A DNA stretch of 64,000 nt from Flammeovirgaceae bacterium (GTDB taxonomy: Bacteria; Bacteroidota; Bacteroidia; Cytophagales; Cyclobacteriaceae): NCBI GenBank assembly GCA_016709845.1, contig JADJMA010000014.1, positions 38,365-102,364 on the forward strand, given 5' to 3'. This document shows positions 20,013 through 31,233 of this stretch, one piece after another (positions within the stretch are counted from its first letter, which is position 1; each line of letters begins with the position of its first letter). A program made the translations under genes and the position numbers. A model generated the notes under the pieces. The model worked only from the letters and a program-made list of their open reading frames with translations. It was not told where the DNA came from and ran no database searches.

Positions 20013-21879
20013 ATGAAAATAAAACAACTTCTTCTTGGTGTGATTGTGGCCGGAGCCAGTTTCCTGGCCACAGGTCAATCGTTTAACAATTTTCCCGTAA
20101 CTACTCAAAAGCCACCGCTACACGGAAAACACTGGATGGCTATAACAGGTAAACCTCTTGCCGCTACTGCTGGAGCCATGATTTTTACTAAGGGAGGAAA
20201 TGCCATTGATGCTTCCTGTGCCATGCTGGCCGCTACGTGCACCATGTGGGATGTACTCAGTTGGGGTGGAGAAACCCAGGCGCTTATATACAATCCTAAA
20301 ACAAAAAAAGTAATTGCTATTAACGCTTTGGGAGTTGCGCCAACGGGCGCCACGGCTGATTTCTTTAAGAACAAGGGGATGAAGTATCCACCCGAGTTTG
20401 GACCATTAGCTGCTACTACGCCTGGCACCCCAGGAGGTTTGATGACCATCTTGGCCGAGTATGGTACCATGAGTTTGAAAGAGGTTTTAGCTCCGGCTAT
20501 GGAATTGGCTTCGGGTTACCCAATTGAAGCACAAACTGCCAACGCTATTGAGGGTGGCAAGAATAGAATAAAAGAATGGCCCTATTCAAAGAAAGTGTTT
20601 CTGCCTCACTTGGGTCAGAAAAGAGAAGCTCCTGACGCAGGAGAAGTTTTTGTTCAGAAAGATTTATTAGCCACGTTACAAAAACTGGTAGACACAGAAC
20701 AACAAGCTCTTAAAAAAGGAAAGAGCCGCAAAGATGCAATCTATGCAGCGTACGACCGCTTTTATAAAGGGGATATTGCCAAAGAAATTGCGCGCAGTAC
20801 ACAAGAACAAGGAGGATTAATTACTGAACAAGACTTAGCCAACTGGAAGGTTAAAATTGAAGAGCCTACCACGACCAACTATCGGGGCATAGATGTTTAT
20901 AAGCTACAGCAATGGACTCAAGGTCCCGCTTTTCTTCAAACCCTCAACATTCTTGAAAATTATGATTTAAAAAGTATGGGGTACAATTCTACTCGATATA
21001 TTCATACGCTATATCAGGCTATGAATCTCGCTTTCGCGGATCGGGATTTTTATTATGGCGATCCGGCCTTTGGCACTCCGGCTCCTATGAACGTTCTGCT
21101 TTCTAAAGAGTATGCCAAAGAACGAATGAAGTTGATTAATCCTGAACGCAACGATCCCAATATCGGTCCTGGAGATCCTTATTCTTTTGAAGGAAACAAA
21201 AATCCTTATCAAGACTTATTGAAGAAGTGGGGTACGAGCCAATCATCGTTGCAACGAAACAACCTTCACCCAGATGAAAAATTTATGGAAGCATTTACCG
21301 CAGGCACAACATCGGTAGAAGCAACGGATACAGAAGGATGGGTAGTCTCCATCACACCCAGTGGTGGTTGGGTGCCAGCATGCATTGCCGGAAATACAGG
21401 CGTAGGCTTAAGTCAGCGTATGCAGTCTTTTGTTCTTGATCCAAAAGAAAATCCATTCAACGTTGTTGAGCCGGGTAAGCGCCCCCGAGTAACTCTAACA
21501 CCGAGTATGGCCTTGAAGGATGGAAAACCATTTCTATCATTTGCCAAACAAGCCGGTGACGAGCAAGATCAATTATTGTTGCAATTCTTTCTAAACATTG
21601 TTGAGTTTAATATGACGGTACAAGAAGCCTGCGAAGCGCCCAGCTTCAAAACTTTACAGATGTATTCCAGTTTTGGTGGCCATGAAAAAGTGCCGGTGGG
21701 CTAACCCTAAACAGCGAGATGCCCCTTGGTCCCGCAAGGAATTATCTCGCATGGGCTATCGGTTAAGCTATCAGGATAGAACAAGCGGCCCAATAAATGC
21801 CATTTACTTTGACTGGGTTCATGGTACATTCTGGGGTGGATCCAGCAACCATGGCGAAGATTATGGAATTGGGTGGTGA
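20013..21879 (+). CDS. ggt: Gamma-glutamyltransferase family protein, secreted (frameshift near 3' end)
   Basis: Signal peptide; GGNAIDA, FYKGDIA, AFADRD, GTTS nucleophile, PGKRPRVTLTP. Confidence 0.9.
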
Positions 21880-21890
21880 AGTTTTTTTAG

Positions 21891-22055
21891 TAGTTAGTCT
21901 TTAGTCATTAGTCCTGAGTTAAAGGGTGTGTGTACTGGCTCTTCGGGATTTGGACTCATGAAGCGAGATGATTAGGATTTAAAATCCATTTTATCTGTGC
22001 TTTGGAATTGCAAATTCCGAACAACGTCTCAATACTAATGATTCAGGACTAACTA
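21891..22055. repeat. ~165-bp element with heptamer-based terminal inverted repeats and internal REP-like palindrome
   Basis: Left TAGTTAGTCTTTAGTCATTAGTCCTGAG vs right-end reverse complement TAGTTAGTCCTGAATCATTAGTATTGAG (23/28); internal TTCGGGATTTG / CAAATTCCGAA. Confidence 0.65.
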
Positions 22056-22801
22056 TTAGTATGCCCTATCAACCGAGCCCGATCCGTAAACTTTTTACTT
22101 ACGTTTTTGGTGTTGCCTTTATGTTTGATGACGCCACTACCTAAAACAACTGCGTCCAAAGCTGCTGAAGCTGTAAGTTCGCAAGTACCTGAGCCGCTCA
22201 TTTTTATTTTGGCAGACTCCAATTCACAAGCATAGGCATTCATTGTGCCGCTACCGCTCATGACAATATCATTCGTTGTGGCATAACCTTTTAATGTTAC
22301 GTTACCGGATCCACTGATTTCAGTCTTTATATTGTTTCCTTTCAGGTCAAGGTCAATGCCGCCACTACCCGCAACGGATAAGCTCATGTAATCGGAGGCA
22401 ATAGAGTTTTCAGAGATTATTTTACCGCCTCCATTAACCTGAAGTTCGTTGATATTTTTAACACTTACCATAATTTTCATGGTAGGCTTTACTTTAATAT
22501 CATCAATCTTTGACCAAATGCTTTTATTTGGATTGTCTGGTTTGCGCTCAACATTTACCATGAGTACACCATTCTCCACTTTAACGGAAGTTAATTCCCA
22601 AATCTCTGTGAGGGCTTCAACAGTTACTTCCTGCTTATTAGTTTGCTTTACATAAACCGTATAATTCGAGTTTACATAGATGCTCTTGAACTCAGGTAAT
22701 TCCAGTGTTTTTTTTGTGGTCTGTGCAAAGGTAAAGGAGGCTATAGAAAGCAAGACCAGCGAAACCAGAATGAAGGCAAATATAAAATTGATTTTTCTCA
22801 T
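22056..22801 (-). CDS. DUF2807 / head GIN domain protein
   Basis: Signal peptide; repeated xxGSGx units; 3' end corrected to VYGSGSVDRAY*. Confidence 0.85.
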
Positions 22802-22958
22802 GGAGATAACTATTAGGTTAGGGACAATCTGCAAATCTTTAGTCATACCATACGATGTGTTTCGGTAAGTTCACGTAACAGACGATAGGATAACTAAACT
22901 AAGGTTAAACTTACCCAGATTCATAGAATTAGAGAAATTCCAAGACGAATAAATTGAC

Positions 22959-23087
22959 CTAAGCCATGCATATGTAATAACTATCAATCTTTTTCCGAAA
23001 AATGTATCGATATAAGAAGACGAAGAGCGCCAGCCCAAGACACATGACAAATAGAATAGTGGGGGTAATAAGCTTAGTAGCGTGCAT
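22959..23087 (-). CDS. Possible small membrane protein
   Basis: MHATKLITPTILFVMCLGLALFVFLYRYIFRKK: one TM plus basic stop-transfer; starts 10 nt after upstream stop. Confidence 0.35.
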   Translation of the reverse strand: MHATKLITPTILFVMCLGLALFVFLYRYIFRKKIDSYYICMA

Positions 23088-23097
23088 AATTAATTGA

Positions 23098-25154
23098 TTA
23101 AAATCTGATTCGTGCCTGAAATCTAAGATCATTTTGGGTATTTCCATCAACTGTTTCTCCACCCGATCCAATCGTCTGCCGATCGGTAAAGCGGTCGTGG
23201 CCCCAACGCAGCCAAACTTCCATATCTCTGGTAATTGCATATTGTACTAAAAGATAGTTTCTTACCCCAACGCCATAATAAGCCGGAAAGGTAAAGGCAA
23301 GCCAAACATCTTTCTCGTACACGTACAACCGGTTATCATACGTATCGGTATCGATGAGTGCATACCTGCCGCTAATTGAAAAGCGTTTGTACTGCCAGGT
23401 AACGTCCTGAAGTATGGCCATTCCGTGTGTAGTGGTACCACCCAATTCGTAGGTATTAAATTGCGCGCGGGTTTTTAATGTTATTGATGGTGAAATGGAG
23501 TAGTCAAGGTTAATCCAGTAATTTCTTTTAACACCGGGGCCGTTTGATACAAATTATCTTCCGTTGCGAGATTAATAACTTTGGTTTCTTCGAATGCCTG
23601 AACAAATATTAAGATACTTCGTGTGGGTTTGTAGTTAAAACGAAGAAGCCACTCGTTCCCAGAGGAGGGAACATAACTTCTATAGCGCAGCCAGGGAAAG
23701 TGAAAAAGGTCGACATAACCGGAGAAGGAATATTTTTTATTGAATGTATATTTCCAGCCCCAGTACACCCCTTGCTCATTTTGTGGCGTAGAACTTTCAG
23801 ATAACGCGTTGCTGTAAAAACTTTGATAGTCGCGGTTAAACTTTCGAAGGAGTAGTGACATATCCAGTCTCGCGGTAAGGTTGCTTATCAATCCTGCAGT
23901 AATCGCAAAACCCTGGTCAAGCGTGTGGGCCAACTCGCTAAAAAATGCTATGTTTTTATAACTGTAATTGAGGTAGGCACCCATATTTGTATTCTGACTT
24001 CCCTGAAAGTAAAATTGATTGTAGACAGTAGGAACTCTTAAAACCGGAATACTAAATTCCGTATGGTGAATGATAATTCCAACATCTAATGCTTTTTGTT
24101 TGTAACTTATAACAGCAGCCATATTACTTTCATTCAGAATATTTCTGTTTTGTATTTCGCTAATTGTTCTGTGTAAACCTGTATAGCTCAACGATGAAAT
24201 TAAGCTCTGATCGGCTGTTGAATCTTTGTCCAGATTCCCATCGCGACCTCGGTATGAGAATAATGCGTGAATAAACAATTGTTTATTTATTGAATAGGTT
24301 AACGCTGCTCCCCGAAAATATCCGGCCTCATACAACGAGCTATAGGGCATAAAGCCGATGTTGGGCCGTCTGATGGTTGTAACGGCCTCAGCACTTTTAC
24401 CGATACCAAAAGCCGAACCAAGGATAAGTCCTTGTCCAAATTGCGCTTGATAATCGCCCACGATTAAATTTTTAATTTTTCCTTTATTAAGAACCTGAGC
24501 ATGAAAGGAAAGAAAATCAGGACCAAATTGTTGCTCGGATGGCGCCCAACGAATTTGTTCTCCGGCATCCTTCTCCATCGTAAATCCAAAACTGAAATCA
24601 CCCGCACGACTGGTACGGAAGCGGGTATAGATTCGGTTAGGTGATCCTGCATACTGACTTGTGAGAGGTATGCTCTCTTTATATCCTTTTTTTTCTTCGA
24701 GTGTTCGGTCAAATTGAAAAACCAGGTAGTTATTTTTCTCATTCACAACTCTTCGCCAAAGGGATTTATTTATCCCGGAAGATGGATCGGCTACCATGAC
24801 AAATGGAATAAGTTTTATAAACGAGTTGCGATCTATGCCAGGAACACTTTGTAATTCATAAACAGATAGAAAAGGTCCTGCTTCATCGCGATAAGCCAGC
24901 AGTGACTGAATTTGCACATCGGTAAGAAAGTAGAGAGCTTGTAGTTGTTCTTTGGTGATCAGGTTTAGGTTGACAGGATTGCTTAGTAGCTGAGCGAGAT
25001 TTTCATAGAGTTCCTGATAGTTAAAGTCATCATCCTGTACGGCCAGAATTTCATCTACCAACCGTTGCAGATCTAAGTCCTTGCGGGGATAGTCCTGCGC
25101 GGCTGCTGTTGCAGAAATGAAGAGCCCTACTAAAACATACGTTATAGACTTCAT
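23098..25154 (-). CDS. Outer-membrane protein with N-terminal ComEA-like helix-hairpin-helix domain (frameshifted)
   Basis: Signal peptide; PVNLNLITKEQL...AYRDEAGPFLSVYELQSVPG HhH; amphipathic beta strands; terminal Phe (ARIRF). Confidence 0.78.
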
Positions 25155-25975
25155 TTCTTTTTTTGTTGATCAACCCAATAACTAACAGCTGCTTGATGAC
25201 TGGCGCCTAACAGTGAGTTAAATTGAATCGCATAGTCGGCCCGAATCTTTTTTCTTTTTACTCCTAACCCAAAAAATCCCGATTGAGGATTGAGATTAAA
25301 GCCAGTTCTGATTAAAAACTTTTCCTTAAATGAGTATTCCATACCCGTTCTCCAGATTGCTTCGTAGGCTATGTCTTTATCAATTTCAGTAGTTATGAGG
25401 AGGCTTTTATTTGGTGTGAAGGTAATGCCCGCTGTAAGTCGGGTAGATATATTTTCAGCGCTATAATCTGTGTTAAGTTTTGCCTGATTAAGATTGGTAA
25501 TGTATGCGCCTATAGAGAGTTGGTCCGTGAGTTGCGCAAGGCCACCAAAATCAATACTTATCGCACCATAAGTTCCAAAGCCATCGGCCTGATATTGAAT
25601 GTAATTTGCTTTAATTCCCAGCGAGGCAATTCCAAACTTATTCCCAAACCCCAAAGAAACCATTTGTTCATTATAAAGATCATCTCCAAAACGGAATGCC
25701 CCTACAGAAGTAACTCCCCAGCGAATGGGAGCGTTAAAAGCGAAGGCTAAACGATTGGCGTTCGTGAGTTGAGCTCTAAGTTCATAAGATGCAGCTACAC
25801 TCATCTCATCGGCAGCACCGAGAGAACCCATGTTGTTAAAAGACTCCATTCATCGGTAAGGCCCGAGGACGCAAAGCCCATTCCGGCAGCCCGAGCCCCA
25901 TTTGCGTGGAGATACTCTGGGCATTTCCTATTTTACGATCAGCACAACTACTAAGAGGTGGATAAATCGCGACAT
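25151..25975 (-). CDS. FadL/PorV-like outer-membrane beta-barrel (5' frameshifts)
   Basis: Reconstructed N-terminus AQSISTQMGARAAGMGFASSGLTDEWSLFNN; GMEYSF...IRTGF, GFFGLG, ADYA strands. Confidence 0.65.
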
Positions 25976-26006
25976 GGGAAAAGGTTTGTTTAACAATATA
26001 AAAATT

Positions 26007-26621
26007 TTGCAGCATATTTTTTTACTTCTCTTTGTGATTGGGTTGACACACCAAATTCAGGGGCAGTCTTTGGTTGAGCGCTATCCAACAGGTGAGATAC
26101 GTGCGACTGGCAATTTATCAGAAGGGCAAAAATCCGGTGAGTGGAAATACTTTTACCCGAATGGAAATAGAAATGCTATAGAACACTATACCAGGGGCAT
26201 GCTGGATGGTAAGATTTTATATTTCTATCCGAATGATACTTTACAGGGAAAGGAAACCTGGGTGCAAGGCAGGTTGATGGATTCGGCTTGGTATTATCAT
26301 AAAAACGGAGCACTTCATCGAAAGGGCTTATACAAAGCAAGTGAATATGACGGAACGTGGACTTACTATTTTCAAAATGGCGCAGTGGAACGTTTGATAA
26401 ATTATGAAGAGGGGCAACCCCATGGGCCAACCGTAATATATAGTGATCGTGGTATTCGCATTCAGGAAGGGAACTATCGTAATGGATTCGAAGATGGAGA
26501 ATGGAAATTTTATTCTGCCACAGGCGAGTTGGAATTTATTGGTTCGTATAAAGAGGGAAATCCAACCGGCACCTGGTATCAGTTTGTAAAGGAAAAGGGG
26601 AAGGTATATAAGAAGTATTAA
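26007..26621 (+). CDS. MORN-variant repeat protein (YwqK-like), secreted
   Basis: Repeated G-x-W-x-Y-[FY]-x-x-NG units; start uncertain. Confidence 0.8.
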   Translation: MQHIFLLLFVIGLTHQIQGQSLVERYPTGEIRATGNLSEGQKSGEWKYFYPNGNRNAIEHYTRGMLDGKILYFYPNDTLQGKETWVQGRLMDSAWYYHKNGALHRKGLYKASEYDGTWTYYFQNGAVERLINYEEGQPHGPTVIYSDRGIRIQEGNYRNGFEDGEWKFYSATGELEFIGSYKEGNPTGTWYQFVKEKGKVYKKY

Positions 26622-26688
26622 CCCTGACAATGAAAATTACCAACTTGATTTTCAGGTTTGTTCTATAAGTTGTTGATTTTCATTCGTC

Positions 26689-26720
26689 AATTATACAATA
26701 GAAATCTCTATTGCATAATT
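26689..26720. terminator. Hairpin between convergent genes
   Basis: AATTATACAATAG / CTATTGCATAATT, 12/13 inverted repeat. Confidence 0.5.
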
Positions 26721-26724
26721 TGGG

Positions 26725-28146
26725 TTAAAATTCTTTTTTCAAGTGAAAGAAAAAGCCATGTGTTTTTTCTCGGGTAAATGTGTATTCCAACCGAAGTACG
26801 GCATCATAAGCAGTAACAATATCAAAACCCGCACCCATGCCTGCGAGTAAATGATTTGATAATTGTGTGTTCAAATTCCGTTCGTCATAGTACGGATAGT
26901 TTTCAACATACCCTAAGTCCACATAACTCTTTAAATAAATAGTGAGTGGAAAATAACGAAACTGCTCAATGGGCATTTCTTCTATGTTCCAGGTACGAGA
27001 AAATATTTTTTTACGGAGCGTGGTTTTGTTTAATAAAAAAACGGGGCCTTCGATAACGTACACTTCATATCCTTTTACCAACTGCCTTCGATAACCCAGC
27101 GCGCTAAATAGAGAATAGGGTTGATTTGCAGGTGTGCTGAGATACATGGATGAGAAATTTGACAAATAGAAATTTTTCTTTAAATCCATATAGCGGGAGT
27201 AGGTTAAGTTAACCTCCCATTGATTTACATTGGTACCAAAACCTAACCCTGACTTTTGCAGAAACGCAGTTAGTTGATAACCCACCAGCGGATAGGCCAC
27301 AACATCTCTATGTTCTGAATTGAACGAATACGTAAGGGCTCCAAATTTTTGTCGATCCTGTCCATTGCCGTAGAAATTGGGATTTAAATTGGCGATGGTA
27401 TCGGTAACGTGGTTGTCGAGGTAACTAAAGGAAAAGGAATGAGTTGTGTAAAATGATTTTCGGAATGTATACGTTATACCCGATTCAAAACTGGTTTTTA
27501 ATGTCTCTCTTCCCTCTACAAATTCCAATTTGTGTTCCGCGGTTTGATAGGCCAAATTTTTAGGCTCACTGTATCGGAAATCAAAAATTAATCCATGCTT
27601 TTGTTTACGATCGATATACGGAATGCGATAGCTAAGTTCAAAACGTCTGCTAAACCCAAATTGAGCGGTTAACCGCAGGGTTTCGTTTCTGCCTCTGAAG
27701 TTGTATTGGTATAAACGCAATCCATAATTAACCCGATTTAAATCATGATTGTAGTTTTGCCACCACTCATTAAAATTTCGGTCGGAGAGTTCAAAGATAG
27801 GCACCGGAAATGTGTACCAACGTTCGTTTACCTCTACTAATAAATCTACTTTATTAGGTGTAACTTCCAACCACTTTACGGTTACTGAATTGAATAAGCG
27901 AGTATTATAAATTTTTTGTTGATCCTTCGAAAGAATCTCTCGCATCCTGTGGGTGCTTATGGTGTCTCCGGTTTTAAGAGAAAGTTCACGCGAAATAATT
28001 CCTTCGCGGGTAATTTTATTACCGATAATAAGTATCCTGTTAACGGTTACAATCCTATTCACCAACGAATCCGAGGTTTGTCTTGAGACTGTATCCGCAG
28101 TTTGCTGAGATGTAAAACTAAAAATACCGATAATCAATGCCCACAT
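26725..28146 (-). CDS. Omp85/TamA-like outer-membrane protein with one POTRA domain
   Basis: IIGNKITREGIISREL POTRA; V.ERWYTFP.P; NFRGRNE; terminal Phe. Confidence 0.85.
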   Translation of the reverse strand: MWALIIGIFSFTSQQTADTVSRQTSDSLVNRIVTVNRILIIGNKITREGIISRELSLKTGDTISTHRMREILSKDQQKIYNTRLFNSVTVKWLEVTPNKVDLLVEVNERWYTFPVPIFELSDRNFNEWWQNYNHDLNRVNYGLRLYQYNFRGRNETLRLTAQFGFSRRFELSYRIPYIDRKQKHGLIFDFRYSEPKNLAYQTAEHKLEFVEGRETLKTSFESGITYTFRKSFYTTHSFSFSYLDNHVTDTIANLNPNFYGNGQDRQKFGALTYSFNSEHRDVVAYPLVGYQLTAFLQKSGLGFGTNVNQWEVNLTYSRYMDLKKNFYLSNFSSMYLSTPANQPYSLFSALGYRRQLVKGYEVYVIEGPVFLLNKTTLRKKIFSRTWNIEEMPIEQFRYFPLTIYLKSYVDLGYVENYPYYDERNLNTQLSNHLLAGMGAGFDIVTAYDAVLRLEYTFTREKTHGFFFHLKKEF

Positions 28147-28175
28147 GCCAGTGTCTCCCCGTTATTCAATTTGAG

Positions 28176-29299
28176 TTACACGTGTGTTTTATTATTGGGT
28201 TGATTCCGGTACGACCAAATCAAAATGAGAACGCCAACAATTACTAAAGGAATACTTAAAATCTGTCCCATATTCAGCGGTAGTTTGTCTTCAAACGAAA
28301 CCTGGTTTTCTTTTAAGAATTCATAAGCGAATCGCAAACTCCACAATAGGATCATGAAAACGCCAAAAATTCTTCCTGGTGGCAAATTCTCTTTATGTTT
28401 AGACCACATCATAAAAAGGATAAGGAATATAATAACACAGGAAATGGATTCATACAATTGAGCTGGATGACGCGCAATACCAAAGGTGCTGATGCGTGCT
28501 CCTAAGCTCCCCGTTGGATCGACATCGATTTGGTAATTGAGTGGGGTTGTGGTTGGTTCATCAACAAATTCATTATAAAAGGTGAGGAGATGTTTGACGT
28601 CACCTTTCAGAAATGAAATAGCATCGGGCTGGCTGGTGCCATTTTTGAAGATCACATAAATATTTATGGGCACTCTGCCATTAGCACCTTCGGGTAAGCT
28701 TTTGTCTTTTTTCAACTTTAACAAATTCTACGGGGTTTTTTCCACCTCTATAATCCTTAATACCTTCTGTTACGCGATTTATAAACACAACACTCAGGGG
28801 ATTATTTGAAGGGAGACCGATGATTTCGGAATTGAAAAAATTACCTAAGCGAATTAAGGCGCCCGTTAATGCGACCACAATAACAATCCGATCCAAAACC
28901 TGAATGTAACTTTGACCTGGCTTCTTTTTTGCGACTGTAAAGCCACAGGGCCAACAAAATCCCAAATGCTCCACCATGACTTGCCAAGCCTGTAAAACCC
29001 GTAAACTTAAATGGTGAAAACTGGAAGGGTAACAAGATACTTAATGGGTCAGTAACAAACAGTTCGGGTTGGTAAAAAATAACATGCCCGAGACGAGCTC
29101 CTAAGATGGTTGCCACTACCATGTAAATGGTCAATGTATCTACATCTTTTTCGGACTTGCCTTCTTTGCGGTAGATATAGTATAATACTTGCTGACTTAA
29201 AAGGAATCCGAGTGCAAACAATAAGCCGTACCAACGCAAGGCAAAAGAACCAATGGAAATGATTGCAGGACTGCCGTTCCAAATAATGTAACTAATCAT
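28176..29299 (-). CDS. lgt: Prolipoprotein diacylglyceryl transferase (two frameshifts, long insertion)
   Basis: RWYGLLF, LGARLGHV.FY, GLASHGG, IRLGNFFNSEIIG, RHPAQLYES, RF..EFLK, MGQILSIP. Confidence 0.93.
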
Positions 29300-29343
29300 A
29301 ATATAAAAGATCAAAATGGGCCCATCAAACCGGGACGAATTGG

Positions 29344-29351
29344 CAAATATA
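29344..29351 (-). promoter_or_regulatory. -7 promoter element for lgt
   Basis: TATATTTG on minus strand. Confidence 0.5.
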
Positions 29352-29373
29352 AGGACTAATGCCCAAGGTATCT

Positions 29374-31230
29374 TTATAGCTGCTCTAATTCCTGCAATTC
29401 GAATCTAAAACCGCCTGATAGTATTGGGAATCGGCACCAACTGCGGGGGTCAACATTAATATCATCCAGATGAAAAGATGGAGCAAGCCGTTCCCGTTTC
29501 CATTGATTGGCTGACCAGAGCCGGAAGAATTTTTTTATATATTCTTTCAATTGTTGGGATGAGACTGTGGGCGTTAAGGTTCTACTGCTCAGCTGCTGAA
29601 ATACTTCTGCAGGCGATTTCCGATCTTGGATGGCTAATTTTTCGATTTCAACTAAAATTGTGTAAGGCATCAAATCTTTTTCATCTGTCTGAGATTTATC
29701 GGCAGGTCGCAACTCAGCGGTAGGCGTTAGGTTGTTTACATACGACAATCCATTATAGTTCAATTCTTTTTGAGCCCAACGCAGCCATTGCAAAATGAAA
29801 GGCTTATCAACCCCGGCAATAGGAGCAAGGCTACCGCTTGTATCGCCATCCATCGTTGCATAACCAACATCTCCTTCGCTCCGGTTTGAGGTCGTGAGTA
29901 ACACGGCTTGTTTAATGTTTGCCAACATCCAGATGATGGGGAGATCGCGAACGAGCCTGAATGTTTTGCTTGGCAATATCATCTGTCTCCCAACTTAGTT
30001 TTCTGCCAAGTGCCGTTTCAATTTTCTGTTCATACGAATTCACCTCGTCATCAATTGTCCACTGATGAAATTGAGCACCCAATGAACTCGCTAATTCTTT
30101 TGCCGCTCTTAATGTAGCTTCCGATGAATTTTTGTTCCCTGATAAGCGCAGGTTAGTAATGCACCAACCATGTCTTTGATGTTATCCGTTACCGGGATGT
30201 TAAAGGTAGAACAGAATTTTGTGTGCCTATGGAAGCGCACGCTCTGCGCACCATTTCCGCTACCAATATTGCGCATAGAGAAGAGTCGGCTCCGCCACTT
30301 GCTTAGCACAAAACCACGGGCTCTGCTTTTTCGCAGATAATCGAAAAGGGCTAATGAAGTTGCCCTTGCAAATTCTTCGTTGCGTTCTTTATTATCTATG
30401 GATGGATGAACCTCTGTTAACTCTGGATTTTTAAAATTGATATCGCACCATTGCAGATGGAAAGATTTAATAACAAGGCGTTCAGCGATTTTGATAATCT
30501 TACCACATTGACCAAAAATAATATCGCCATCGTAAATCATACGGCCTGCCTCGTTGCCGAGCAAGTTTACGAATAGATACGTACAGTTAAATTTTTGGGA
30601 TCCATCAATAACTGCCTCCAGTTCACGCAGCTCACTTTTACCCATCGCAAAGTGACTGGCGCTTGGGTTCATAATTAAATCAATTCCCCGACTTGCCAAT
30701 CGATACCCAGGTCGTTTTTCTTTTCGCCAGGCATCTTCACAAATTTCAAATCCAAACTTGATGCCGAATGCTTCATAGATTAAATCACCCACCTGAATGG
30801 ATTGACTTCCAATTTTTATTTCCTGAACTTTTCCTGATGGCCAGGCATCAAACCAACGCGGTTCATAGTGAACACCATCACGAGCCAGGTTTTGTTTTAA
30901 GGTAATGCCAATAATCTTTTGATTTTCGATAACGCATACGCCATTGTAGGTAATCTTATTGATACGGATCGGTAGACCCACGCAGGCAATTATCTTTGTA
31001 CACGTGGGAATAATTCGTTGAAGATGGTGCCAGGCATTTTCACTAAGCCAATCACTAAGAAATAGATCTTCGCACCCATAGCCGGTTAAACTTAATTCGG
31101 GGAAACACAGAATTTGTACGCCCTCCTTTTTAGCATTTTCAATAGCAGAAATAATGTTTGCTACATTATTATCCCAATCCAACGGAGTTTGGTTTGCAGT
31201 AGCACCGGCTATTCGGATTGAGTTATCCAT
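29374..31230 (-). CDS. nadE: Glutamine-dependent NAD+ synthetase (frameshifted)
   Basis: Nitrilase domain FPELSLTGYGCED, EICEDAW; synthetase TSNRSE..VGYATMDGD, PTAELRP, NQWKRER. Confidence 0.92.
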
Positions 31231-31233
31231 ACG

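Noticed and set aside
26007-26621. Toxin-antitoxin system suggested by YwqK-like repeats
   Set aside because: No adjacent toxin gene; MORN-variant repeats are common in secreted Bacteroidota proteins
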